Assembly (NCBI GenBank): GCA_016182185.1
Contig: JACOXU010000003.1
Coordinates: forward strand, 123,881-187,880
Direction of reading: 5' to 3'
DNA: 64,000 bases
Origin: Candidatus Levyibacteriota bacterium
GTDB taxonomy: Bacteria > Patescibacteriota > Microgenomatia > Levybacterales > UBA12049
This document shows, piece by piece, positions 1 through 9,006 of this stretch; the first letter of the stretch is position 1; each line of letters starts with the position of its first letter. Made by a program: the position numbers and the translations under genes. Below the pieces are notes generated by a model that had not been told where the DNA came from, searched no databases, and saw nothing but the letters and a program-made list of their open reading frames with translations.

Positions 1-1
1 A

Positions 2-139
2 ATTACTCAGGAAATGAAAGACAAAGCATCAAATAAACTTGCCTCTCTGGTAAACAATTCATCACCGACAAATATTATTCCTGATATGTTTTATCCCCGT
101 CTTGCGGAACATATTGCCAATTCCATTCTTACGAACTAA
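2..139 (+). CDS. 3' end of a probable NAD(P)-dependent malic enzyme (partial, runs off left edge)
   Basis: Frame 2 reads ITQEMKDKASNKLASLVNNSSPTNIIPDMFYPRLAEHIANSILTN*, resembling the malic-enzyme C-terminus (IT.EMK..A...LA..V......IIP..F.PR). Confidence 0.6.
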   Translation: MTQEMKDKASNKLASLVNNSSPTNIIPDMFYPRLAEHIANSILTN

Positions 140-151
140 AATTAACAAACC

Positions 152-1453
152 ATGGATAACTCAAATATTTATCAAAAAGCAAAACAGGACCTGCTCGAAG
201 TTGGGAAAAAATACAATATTTCCGAAGATAAGTTAGAGGAATTTTTGGTACCTGACAAGGTTCTTGAAGTTAAACTTCCTTTAAATCTAGGATCTGAAAT
301 TATCGTATTTAAAGGATACAGAATTCAGCACAACAACAAACTCGGACCATATAAGGGTGGACTAAGATTTCATCCTCAAGTAAGTCGTGATGAAACAATG
401 GCTCTATCTTTATGGATGAGCCTAAAGGCAGCGGTTGCGGGAATTCCTTTTGGCGGTGCAAAAGGAGGAGTAACTGTTGATCCAAAAGTCCTCACAGAAA
501 AACAACTTGAAGAACTCTCAAGAGAATATGTAAGAAAAGTTTTTGATATTTTAGGACCCGACAAAGATATTCCGGCTCCGGATATTAATACCAATCCTAA
601 GATAATCGACTGGATGGTTGATGAGTACGTTAAGCTAAGTCAAAAAGCAACCCATTCGGCAGGCTCAGGGCAAGATGTCAAAAGTCAAAAGTCACAACCC
701 TATGCTGCTTTTACGGGCAAGAAAGCTCATGGTTTATCAGCTCGTATCGAATCTACAGGGTTTGGCGGTGTAATTGTTCTTGAAAAGCTTATTGAAAAAT
801 TAAATTTAAACCCTAAAGAACTTCAAGTCGCAGTTATGGGTTTTGGGAATGTCGGGTATCATTTTGCCGATTTTGCGAGTAAAAAGGGGTATAAAATAGT
901 CGCAGTTTCAGATTCAAAAGGAGGAATTGTTAAGAAAAATAAAGATAAATTTATTCCGCTTGACATTCCCCTCGTCAATGAATGCAAGCAAGAAAAAGGA
1001 AGCTTGGCCGGATGCTACTGTGCAGGCGGAGTCTGCGATACAAGAGGCGGGCAAATGATAACAAATGAAGAACTTCTGGAACTTCCGGTTGATATTCTTG
1101 TTCCGGCGGCTCTTGAGAATGTCATAAATGAAAATAATATGCAAAATATAAAAGCCAAAATAATCATTGAAATGGCCAATGGTCCAGTATCGCCTAAGGC
1201 ATATCATTATCTGGTTAATAAAGGGGTAATTATAGTTTCTGATATTCTGGCAAATTCAGGCGGAATTGTCGGATCGTATCTTGAATGGGAACAGAATTTT
1301 AAAAATATGAAATTTTCCCAAAAAGAAGCGCTTGCCAAAATTCAATCTATTCTTGAAAAATCTTTCGACAATGTCTGGAATCTTGCCAAGAAAAACAAAA
1401 CAAATCTGGTCGAAGCCTCATACCTCCTCGCCCTCGAGAAACTAATTAAATAA
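152..1453 (+). CDS. gdhA: Glu/Leu/Phe/Val dehydrogenase (glutamate dehydrogenase)
   Basis: GPYKGGLRFHP, GGAKGG, DIPAPD, GFGNVG and EMANGP motifs. Confidence 0.93.
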   Translation: MDNSNIYQKAKQDLLEVGKKYNISEDKLEEFLVPDKVLEVKLPLNLGSEIIVFKGYRIQHNNKLGPYKGGLRFHPQVSRDETMALSLWMSLKAAVAGIPFGGAKGGVTVDPKVLTEKQLEELSREYVRKVFDILGPDKDIPAPDINTNPKIIDWMVDEYVKLSQKATHSAGSGQDVKSQKSQPYAAFTGKKAHGLSARIESTGFGGVIVLEKLIEKLNLNPKELQVAVMGFGNVGYHFADFASKKGYKIVAVSDSKGGIVKKNKDKFIPLDIPLVNECKQEKGSLAGCYCAGGVCDTRGGQMITNEELLELPVDILVPAALENVINENNMQNIKAKIIIEMANGPVSPKAYHYLVNKGVIIVSDILANSGGIVGSYLEWEQNFKNMKFSQKEALAKIQSILEKSFDNVWNLAKKNKTNLVEASYLLALEKLIK

Positions 1454-1461
1454 TTTGCGAT

Positions 1462-2139
1462 TTATTTTATTTCTCTTAAGGATATCAACGGTCTAACGCT
1501 GGAGTAATTTCTTGAATAGCGATTTTTTACGAATTTAATTTCTTCGTCTCCACCCTTACCGTCTGTATAAACCAAAACTGCTGCAGTTTCTTTGTCAAGC
1601 GGAATTTCTACGACTAGCTTCTCTTCAAATTCTTGATCTACTTGATCTTTCACTTGTTGAAAAGACACCCTCTCTGCTCCTAATACATAAATTTTAAATT
1701 CCGGTAATCTAGGATTTTCAATTCCTTGATCACTAACAACCTCAACTGCCGCTGCTAAAGCTAAGCTATCAAGCTCAAACCCCTCTAGCCCAATAACCGC
1801 AATGTCGTATGCTTTAGTCCATGCCTGACTACGATTCATTTTAGTTGTTTGAGAAGCTGCAACATTCCAAGCTCTTCCAAACGCACCCCTCCAACTTCCT
1901 TTTTCTTTAAATGGTCTTGCCTTATCAAAAACTTCCTGCGCTAGTTCTGTGATTTGCGGAATTAATTTATTTACTTCTTCGGGGGTTTTTGTAATATCCC
2001 AACCAATTTTTCTTTTTTCCCTAAACAATGATAAAGCTTGGACAAGATTTTGTTGCACTTAGTCAGGAAGCATACCAAACACCATCGGCAAGTCTTTTGT
2101 CCATGCTTGTTCTCGTCCCGTTTCTGCGCGTTTCGTCAT
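1462..2139 (-). pseudogene. Hypothetical protein with an in-frame TAA at 2059-2061 (ORF track shows only 1462..2058)
   Basis: ATG at 2139 lies 10 nt after a TTGACA-17-TATATT promoter; MTKRAETGREQAWTKDLPMVFGMLPD*VQQNLVQ... is one frame. Confidence 0.55.
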
Positions 2140-2216
2140 ATTGCTTTGGAATATAGCACCAAAGAAACATTGTGTCAATCATAGAAATTAGGAATTAGAA
2201 ATTAGAAATTCTCAGG

Positions 2217-3338
2217 TTAGGGTTTGGGGAGAATGGATTGGCCTGAGATAAGGCGAATAATATCAGAAAGAGTTATAAAAGCAATAAGTGCTAGAAGTAT
2301 TGCCATCCCTATTGCATGAGCATAGGCTTCATATTTCTGAGGAACTTTTCTGCCTGTTACTCCCTCTATAAGAATAAAAAACAGTCTTCCGCCGTCAAGT
2401 GCCGGAATAGGCAGAATATTTAAGATTGCAAGATTTAAAGAAAGAAGTGAAACCAAAGACAGAACTGCCAAGGGGCCGAATTGAATAAACTGCCCTGTAA
2501 GTTGCGCTATGCCTACAGGTCCTGCGACGCCTTTGGGAATTTGCGCATGAAACAAGAGCTGGGAGAATACCATACCAAGCCCTGCAATAATAGCCCATGA
2601 CTGCTTAAATGCTTCCATAAGCCCAATAAGCGGAGCCTGATAAAGAGGATATTTTTTCGTTACTATATTTGAGGATATAGAAATTCCCATGGGTCCTTCG
2701 TTGGTGGGATAATTTTTTCGGGGAACCAATGTTATATCTTTTTCTTCCCCTGATTCTTTTTGAACATGAAGTGCTATTTTTTCTCCCAAATGGCTTTTGG
2801 TAACTGAAACAAGTGTTTTGGGACTTGTGATTTGTATGCCATTAATTGTCTCAATAATATCTCCGCTTTTAAGCCCCGACTTATCAGCCGGAGAATTTTT
2901 GACAATTTGACTCACGATCACTTTGTCCCCCGGAGCTTGGACACCGGCAACTCCAAAAAAGTAGGTTATTATAACAACTGCCAGCAAAAAATTCATTACA
3001 ACCCCTGCAACGACCACCAATGCTCTTTGCCAGACTGGCCGGGCAAAAAAAGCCCGATCTTTATCTACAGCCTTTGATTCTTTTTCAGTGAAACCGCGTT
3101 TGACGCGGCCTGCTCCTGCCTCATCTTCTCCATAAAGCTTTACAAATCCACCTATGGGTAGTAAATTAATCGAATAAATTGTTTCTCCCCTTTTGATTCC
3201 AAAAATTCTTGGCGGAAGTCCAAATCCGAATTCTTCAACTTTAATCCCCAATTTTTTTGCCACAAAAAAATGCCCCGCCTCATGAACAAGAACCAAAACA
3301 CTAAGTATTAATAAAAAAACTAAAACTGTAATGATCAT
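2217..3338 (-). CDS. rseP: RIP metalloprotease RseP (M50 + PDZ)
   Basis: HEAGH, GFGLPP, PDZ (SPADKSGLKSGD), NILPIPALDGG; lies next to frr. Confidence 0.93.
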   Translation of the reverse strand: MIITVLVFLLILSVLVLVHEAGHFFVAKKLGIKVEEFGFGLPPRIFGIKRGETIYSINLLPIGGFVKLYGEDEAGAGRVKRGFTEKESKAVDKDRAFFARPVWQRALVVVAGVVMNFLLAVVIITYFFGVAGVQAPGDKVIVSQIVKNSPADKSGLKSGDIIETINGIQITSPKTLVSVTKSHLGEKIALHVQKESGEEKDITLVPRKNYPTNEGPMGISISSNIVTKKYPLYQAPLIGLMEAFKQSWAIIAGLGMVFSQLLFHAQIPKGVAGPVGIAQLTGQFIQFGPLAVLSLVSLLSLNLAILNILPIPALDGGRLFFILIEGVTGRKVPQKYEAYAHAIGMAILLALIAFITLSDIIRLISGQSILPKP

Positions 3339-3466
3339 AATGATAAATTTCTAATTATTCTAATTTCTAATTGATCTAAACAAATTCCAATTTCAAAATT
3401 TCCCAAATAAAACTTTATGCTTGTAATTTTTTAGAAATTAGGTTAATTAGATCAATTAGGTCAATT

Positions 3467-4021
3467 TTATATTTGCAGGAGCTCTTCTTCCTTCTTTTTT
3501 CCCAGTCCTTCAATATCCACCATCAACTCATCCGTAAGTTTTTGCACTTCTTTCTCATGCCTTGCCATCTCATCTTCTGAAATTTCTTTATCGGCATGTT
3601 GCTTCTTGACATGGACCATTGCCTCATGTCTTATTTGACGCACCATAATTCTGGCATTTTCAAGTTTTTGGTGCATAAGATGAATCAGCTCTTTTCTTCT
3701 CTCCTCGGAAAGCTGAGGAATTGTAATTCTTATAACTTGCCCATCGTTTGCAGGATTAAGGCCTAAATTTGCCTCAAGAATTCCTTTCTGAATCTCTCCA
3801 ATAATAGAAGCGTCAAACGGGGTAATCATCAAAGTTTGTGAATCAGATGTGGTGATTGTAGCAAGCTCCATGAGTTTAAGCTTTTGAGTTCCGCCATAAA
3901 CTGAAAGGACGATATTTTCTACGAGGGACGGGGCTGCGCGTCCAGTTCTGACTGTGGCAAGGTCAGACCTTAAAAGATCAAGAACTTTCTGCATTCTTAA
4001 TCTTACTTTTTCTAAATTCAT
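3467..4021 (-). CDS. frr: Ribosome recycling factor
   Basis: RTGRA, LGLNP, LSEERRKEL, KKEEEL. Confidence 0.96.
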   Translation of the reverse strand: MNLEKVRLRMQKVLDLLRSDLATVRTGRAAPSLVENIVLSVYGGTQKLKLMELATITTSDSQTLMITPFDASIIGEIQKGILEANLGLNPANDGQVIRITIPQLSEERRKELIHLMHQKLENARIMVRQIRHEAMVHVKKQHADKEISEDEMARHEKEVQKLTDELMVDIEGLGKKKEEELLQI

Positions 4022-4033
4022 CTGTACTTTTTA

Positions 4034-4258
4034 TTATACACTATTATGATTTGTCGGAAACGAAGCGGCTACTTCTTCTAAAACCTCCATTTTCCTAGCA
4101 TAGAAGAGGTTTATTTCTTTTCTGTTATTCTGTCTCACTGCAGTCCGAATGCCAGCTTCGTAGTATCCTGCGTGAGCCAACAGGTCTATTCTCCTGGCTT
4201 CTTCTGGTGTTCGAGGGTCAGATGATATTATATTCCCTTCTGATTCAGATTTATTCAT
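4034..4258 (-). CDS. Hypothetical protein (74 aa)
   Basis: ORF fills the tsf-frr gap with short spacers and is co-directional. Confidence 0.6.
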   Translation of the reverse strand: MNKSESEGNIISSDPRTPEEARRIDLLAHAGYYEAGIRTAVRQNNRKEINLFYARKMEVLEEVAASFPTNHNSV

Positions 4259-4269
4259 ATTATTTAACT

Positions 4270-4725
4270 CTAAAGTGAGAATCTGGTAATTTTTTTAACT
4301 ACAATATTTTCTCCAAGTTTCCCGATTGCCTGCTTTATTAAATCTGAAATCGTAATTGAGGAATCTCGGATATACTCCTGCTTAAGAAGTGAGTTGACAT
4401 CCTTGGGATCCATAGCCGCAACCTGCATTGCAATCTCATGAGCGAGTTTTTTGAACTCATCCGTTCTTGCCACAAAATCTGTTTCGCAAAGAATCTCGAT
4501 GAGTGCTCCCACCTTTCCGTTTTGATGTATGTAAGCCTCGACTAGTCCTTGTGAAGTTTCACGATCTTTCTTTTTTTCTGCCTTCTCTTTACTTCTTTTT
4601 TGAATGAAGGCAAGTGCCTTTTTATAATCGTTATTTGACTCCTCAAGAGCAATCCTGCAATCAGAAATTGAAGCCGAAGTTTCATCACGAAGTTTTTTAA
4701 GAAGCTTTATGTCTGCTGATATCAT
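4270..4725 (-). CDS. tsf: Elongation factor Ts (short form)
   Basis: KKLRDET, EILCETDFVA, KLGENIVV. Confidence 0.95.
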   Translation of the reverse strand: MISADIKLLKKLRDETSASISDCRIALEESNNDYKKALAFIQKRSKEKAEKKKDRETSQGLVEAYIHQNGKVGALIEILCETDFVARTDEFKKLAHEIAMQVAAMDPKDVNSLLKQEYIRDSSITISDLIKQAIGKLGENIVVKKITRFSL

Positions 4726-5585
4726 TATTTTTTCTCCTTATTTTTTGGAACCTTTTCTTTTTTGACTGTTATTTTTTTTGCGCCTTCTTTCTTCTTCTCT
4801 GATTTTTCAGAACCTTCTTCTTTGATCTGGGTTTTCTCTTTTTTTTCTGTTTCTTTTTTCTCTTCTTTCTTCGCCTTTTGCTTTCCCTCTATCCATGCAT
4901 CAATTATATAATGAGTGATCAATTTTATTGAACCGGTAGCATCATCATTGGCCGGAATTGGATAGTCGATAATTTCAGGATTCGCATTCGTATCTACGAT
5001 ACCGACTGTTTTCACATTTTCCTTAAGCGCCTCTCTAACTACCAAATCTTCAAGATGCGTATCGATAATAAAAAGTAGATCAGGCTTCTGTATCAAGTTA
5101 TAAATTCCTCCGTATAACGTTTCGAGTTTTTGCTTTTCTTTAAACCAGAGTCCTATTTCTTTTTTCGTGTATTTTGCTTTTTCCTCTTCGTCCCCAAGAC
5201 GTTTTGTTAAATCCTTAAGTTTTTCAAAGTTTTTAGAAACTTCGGAAAAATTTGTAAGAATTCCTCCTATCCATCGGTTGGTTACAGAAAAGATTCCAGA
5301 TGTCTCTCCCCCGATCTGCTGGACGGCTCTTTTTACTTCTTCATCAACAATCCCGCGGGCTTGTCTTTTGGTTCCTACAACTATCAAAACTTTGTTTTGA
5401 GAAGCTTGATCTCGGATAAATACTAAGGCGTTTTCTAATCCTTCCTTGGTTTTGGCCAGATCTATGATGTGGATATTATCGCGGGCTTCAAAAATGTAGT
5501 CTCGTGCTTTTGGATTTCCGCGCGTTACTTGGTGTCCAAAATGGCAACCGGCCTCAAGAAGCTCTTCAAGTGTAATCTCTTTCAT
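4725..5585 (-). CDS. rpsB: 30S ribosomal protein S2
   Basis: LLEAGCHFGH, RWIGGILTNF, DTNANP, IPANDDA; Lys/Glu-rich tail. Confidence 0.97.
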   Translation of the reverse strand: MKEITLEELLEAGCHFGHQVTRGNPKARDYIFEARDNIHIIDLAKTKEGLENALVFIRDQASQNKVLIVVGTKRQARGIVDEEVKRAVQQIGGETSGIFSVTNRWIGGILTNFSEVSKNFEKLKDLTKRLGDEEEKAKYTKKEIGLWFKEKQKLETLYGGIYNLIQKPDLLFIIDTHLEDLVVREALKENVKTVGIVDTNANPEIIDYPIPANDDATGSIKLITHYIIDAWIEGKQKAKKEEKKETEKKEKTQIKEEGSEKSEKKKEGAKKITVKKEKVPKNKEKK

Positions 5586-5597
5586 ATGTCCTTATAT

Positions 5598-5650
5598 CCT
5601 CCGCTTGGTTTGGTTTTGAAAACCAGAACATTTAATTCAAGCGTGTGTGA
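5598..5650 (-). ncRNA. rpsB (S2/t44-type) leader RNA
   Basis: Minus strand CACACACGCTTG...CAAGCGGAGG long stem with an inner hairpin directly upstream of rpsB, as in the t44/S2 leader. Confidence 0.65.
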
Positions 5651-5747
5651 TAGCAGTAAATATATCAAATTTCCTGCCAAAAAACAACACTCAAAATAGA
5701 ATTTCAATTGACAGTAAAGGTCATAAATAAGTATCATAAAATAATAG

Positions 5748-6671
5748 ATGAAGCCTTCGAAAAATCATTTTAGTTTTTATATATACATCATTTTTGGAAT
5801 GATGGTAATCGGTGCATCCACTTTGGTAGGCGGATTTTTCCCCGAGAAAAAAAGCACATCTTCGGACTTCTATCAAATAGATAATTCCAAACTTCCTCAA
5901 AATAGTTCAACAAATTCGGTAATTCAGCTCCATGCATTAAAATTTAAAAAAAATTTTGAAAGTATCACGCCTATTCTTTCTCCTTCATCCTCTCCAACAA
6001 ATCCCACAGTCATTCCTACTGCCATTCCAGTTTCTTGCACTGAAAGTCTCACACTGGATCTTTTACTTGATAAATCAGGTTCTATGGACAGTCTAACCCC
6101 AAGCGGGGTCTCAAAAATAAGAAGATTAAAAGAAGCAGTCCTGTTTCTCTCAAGCAAGCTTGGACCTAACACGATTATTGGAGTTCAATCTTTTAATAAA
6201 CGTGATTGTAATGTTTTCGAAAAATGTCCTTATGGAATAAAAGAAGATATACCTATTTCATATTATAAAGATGTCTCAAGTATTTTTTCTTCAAAAATAA
6301 ATGGTTTGGTAATTGGAGGTTCTACGCCTACTAACGACGGGCTGGTTTTTTCGCTGGGCAAACTAAGAGAAGCTCAAACAAAGTTTCCAGATAGAAAATT
6401 TAAATTTATTCTAATTTCAGATGGACAACCTGTTCCCTCTTCTCAGGATCCATATGTAAATAATCCAAATCCAGTTACTGAAATTAAGAATTTAGGGATT
6501 GAGATCTACACAATTGCTATTTATGATTCCACTCAAGCTAACACTCCTAATTCGCCTCTAAAAAGACTTATGCAGAAAATTGCCTCAAGTCCTGGAAATT
6601 TTTATGAAGCAGATACTGCAGATCAATTAAAAAATTTAATGGATGACATCTTTAAAAAAACTTGTACGTAG
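5748..6671 (+). CDS. Membrane-anchored von Willebrand factor A (vWA) domain protein
   Basis: N-terminal TM; MIDAS DKSGS, GSTPT, LISDG. Confidence 0.85.
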   Translation: MKPSKNHFSFYIYIIFGMMVIGASTLVGGFFPEKKSTSSDFYQIDNSKLPQNSSTNSVIQLHALKFKKNFESITPILSPSSSPTNPTVIPTAIPVSCTESLTLDLLLDKSGSMDSLTPSGVSKIRRLKEAVLFLSSKLGPNTIIGVQSFNKRDCNVFEKCPYGIKEDIPISYYKDVSSIFSSKINGLVIGGSTPTNDGLVFSLGKLREAQTKFPDRKFKFILISDGQPVPSSQDPYVNNPNPVTEIKNLGIEIYTIAIYDSTQANTPNSPLKRLMQKIASSPGNFYEADTADQLKNLMDDIFKKTCT

Positions 6672-6711
6672 CTTGATTGACAAACCCAGAAAGCAACTGT
6701 AGGATTTAATT

Positions 6712-8085
6712 GTGGTTAAATTTAAAAAAAGCAAAGAGAAATTTTTATTTGGAAAAAGCTCAATTGGCATTTTACTTGTTCTTCTTATTGTTGCTTTCGG
6801 ACTTCTATTTTCAGGAATTTTATCTAAAAGAAAATTTCAGCAAAGCCCCATCACAGGAAACGTTTCAAGCTACTGCTGCGATACTGGAAGCGGTGACAAC
6901 TGCCAACCTCAAACAGGTCCGGGACAAAAACTTACTTTCCGAGGCGCTGAGTATGGACTGCTACGGACAAATACTATTCTTGCCGAGGGAAATGTTCATC
7001 TTAAAGATTCTGGTGAGAACCTCGATGGCAAACCTATCATATTAAACTCATCTGATACGCACATCATTCCGGATCAATTTGCCACTGCAGATTGCAGAAC
7101 CGAGCCTAAGGATAAATATTTAAAGGCTATTCCTCCGCCCCCAATTGTCGTCGGCACTCCGCAATCTGTACCTTATTGCACTTCAATTCCCAACGATGAA
7201 ATTATATTCGTCTGTAAGAAAAATTGCCATCCGGCAACATGTTCGCCGATTTGGGGTTCTGAGGTTACATGTTATGGGGATAAAGATTCTGAATATGACG
7301 CGTATTTCAGACTTTCGGATGTCTCTTCTCCCGGAATTCCTGATTTTATTAAAAATTGTGATGCATCAACCCTCCCAACCGGAACGTCCTCAACTGGTAA
7401 ACAAGTAATAGTAACTCCTACAGGACAAGATGCCAAAAAAAATCTACAGCTTGAAACCTTTAAAATAAAACTTGAGACTCCTCTTATTCCCTGGCTGTCT
7501 CCCTTTTGTAAACCTGCAATTTATTTGTACCCTGAAGAAGAAACAAACGTTCACGTGGGTATTGCACCAAAAGGAAAACTTTCCTACACGATTCCGCCTT
7601 ATCCCTTAAATGGCTGGAAGGTAACGGCAAGACCTGACGGAATGATTACCTATAATCAAGGACAATACGATTATCTTTATTACGAGGCGGAAATTCCAGA
7701 CTCTGAGATTAAAAAACCAACCGAAGGATTTATTGTAGGAATGAATAAAATTAAACCATTTCTCGAAAGCCTATTACCCAAATTGTCACTGAATGAAAAA
7801 GAATCCGAACAATTTGTAGATTACTGGGTTTCAGTACTGCCGGACTCCCCCTACTACTTCATCGGGGTTATCTCAAGAAAGACTTTGGATTCAATCGCTC
7901 CTCTTTCTTTTTCTCCAAAACCGGATACTATTATAAGAGTTACGCTCTACTTTGAGGCGCTTGGAAAAACAATAGACGTTAAAGAACCAATAATTAATCC
8001 CATCAAAAGGCAAGGGTTTACGGTTGTTGAATGGGGAGGAATTTTCAAGAAAGACATAAACCATAATTTTTCCTGTTTTGAGTAA
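6712..8085 (+). CDS. Membrane-anchored Cys-rich protein with C-terminal KPxIYLYP...VVEWGG domain
   Basis: N-terminal TM, many Cys, CKPAIYLYPEEET, YLYYEA, FTVVEWGG; TTGACA-17-TAGGAT ends 6 nt before GTG. Confidence 0.8.
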   Translation: MVKFKKSKEKFLFGKSSIGILLVLLIVAFGLLFSGILSKRKFQQSPITGNVSSYCCDTGSGDNCQPQTGPGQKLTFRGAEYGLLRTNTILAEGNVHLKDSGENLDGKPIILNSSDTHIIPDQFATADCRTEPKDKYLKAIPPPPIVVGTPQSVPYCTSIPNDEIIFVCKKNCHPATCSPIWGSEVTCYGDKDSEYDAYFRLSDVSSPGIPDFIKNCDASTLPTGTSSTGKQVIVTPTGQDAKKNLQLETFKIKLETPLIPWLSPFCKPAIYLYPEEETNVHVGIAPKGKLSYTIPPYPLNGWKVTARPDGMITYNQGQYDYLYYEAEIPDSEIKKPTEGFIVGMNKIKPFLESLLPKLSLNEKESEQFVDYWVSVLPDSPYYFIGVISRKTLDSIAPLSFSPKPDTIIRVTLYFEALGKTIDVKEPIINPIKRQGFTVVEWGGIFKKDINHNFSCFE

Positions 8086-8100
8086 AACATATTATAATAA

Positions 8101-9000
8101 ATGATTAAGAACCTGTCTAAAATTCTTAAAAATTCCCGCGGCGGCGCGGAGATTCTTATCCTGGTGATAATAATTCTCGGCAGTGTGCTTCTGACAGGAG
8201 GATTTTTCCCAAAAATTATTCCCCCTGATCCTAATGCTCCCAGATATACTGAAATTTCTGAAATTCAACCGGACAGTCAAAAAACGCTTCAGCTTAAAAC
8301 GATAAAATTTAAAGGTTGCACTTCAATTGTTGCGGTTGATTTCTTGGTAGACAGATCCGGTTCCATGAGATACGGCACGAAACTTGATAATTTGAAAAAT
8401 GCATTAAATGTTTTTGCCGGCAGTTTCCCTGAGGATGGAATAATTGGCATGCAGTCATATAGCGAGCCATCGTTTGGACCAACCGCTGATGTTCCGATTG
8501 ATTATTTTAAAAACGTAAAATCTCAATTTTTATCCGCTGTTTCCAGCTTATTTCCAAATGGCGGAACTTATTCAAAAGACGCATTTTCTTTTACAAAACC
8601 ATTACTTGATTCTGCCAGGGCCAAATTCCCCGATCATAAATTTTCCTTGATTTTTATATCAGATGGGGTGCCGGAGACATGGGAAGGAACGCGAAGATTG
8701 TGTCCCGACGGACCCGCAACTGCAGATCAAAGATATTGCGGACCAAAACCCGATAATCCAACTCAATGCAGATGTTTTGATACGAACCAGGATCCAACAT
8801 CAGTTGCCAATGAAATAAAACTCTCAGGTGTCAGAATTTTCACCATCGGTTATATCCATGACGAGGACCTTAAATTTCAAGATGATTTAAGAACGCTGAT
8901 GACCAACACTGCATCCTCTCCAACTGACTTCTATGAAGCGCCAATCGATAATCAGCTTACAGATATTCTCTCCCAAATCTCCCAAAAACTCTGTAATTAA
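8101..9000 (+). CDS. Membrane-anchored vWA domain protein (paralog of 5748..6671)
   Basis: DRSGS, GGTYS, FISDG; shares KFPD.KF..I.ISDG and SSP..FYEA with the paralog. Confidence 0.85.
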   Translation: MIKNLSKILKNSRGGAEILILVIIILGSVLLTGGFFPKIIPPDPNAPRYTEISEIQPDSQKTLQLKTIKFKGCTSIVAVDFLVDRSGSMRYGTKLDNLKNALNVFAGSFPEDGIIGMQSYSEPSFGPTADVPIDYFKNVKSQFLSAVSSLFPNGGTYSKDAFSFTKPLLDSARAKFPDHKFSLIFISDGVPETWEGTRRLCPDGPATADQRYCGPKPDNPTQCRCFDTNQDPTSVANEIKLSGVRIFTIGYIHDEDLKFQDDLRTLMTNTASSPTDFYEAPIDNQLTDILSQISQKLCN

Positions 9001-9006
9001 GTAGTT

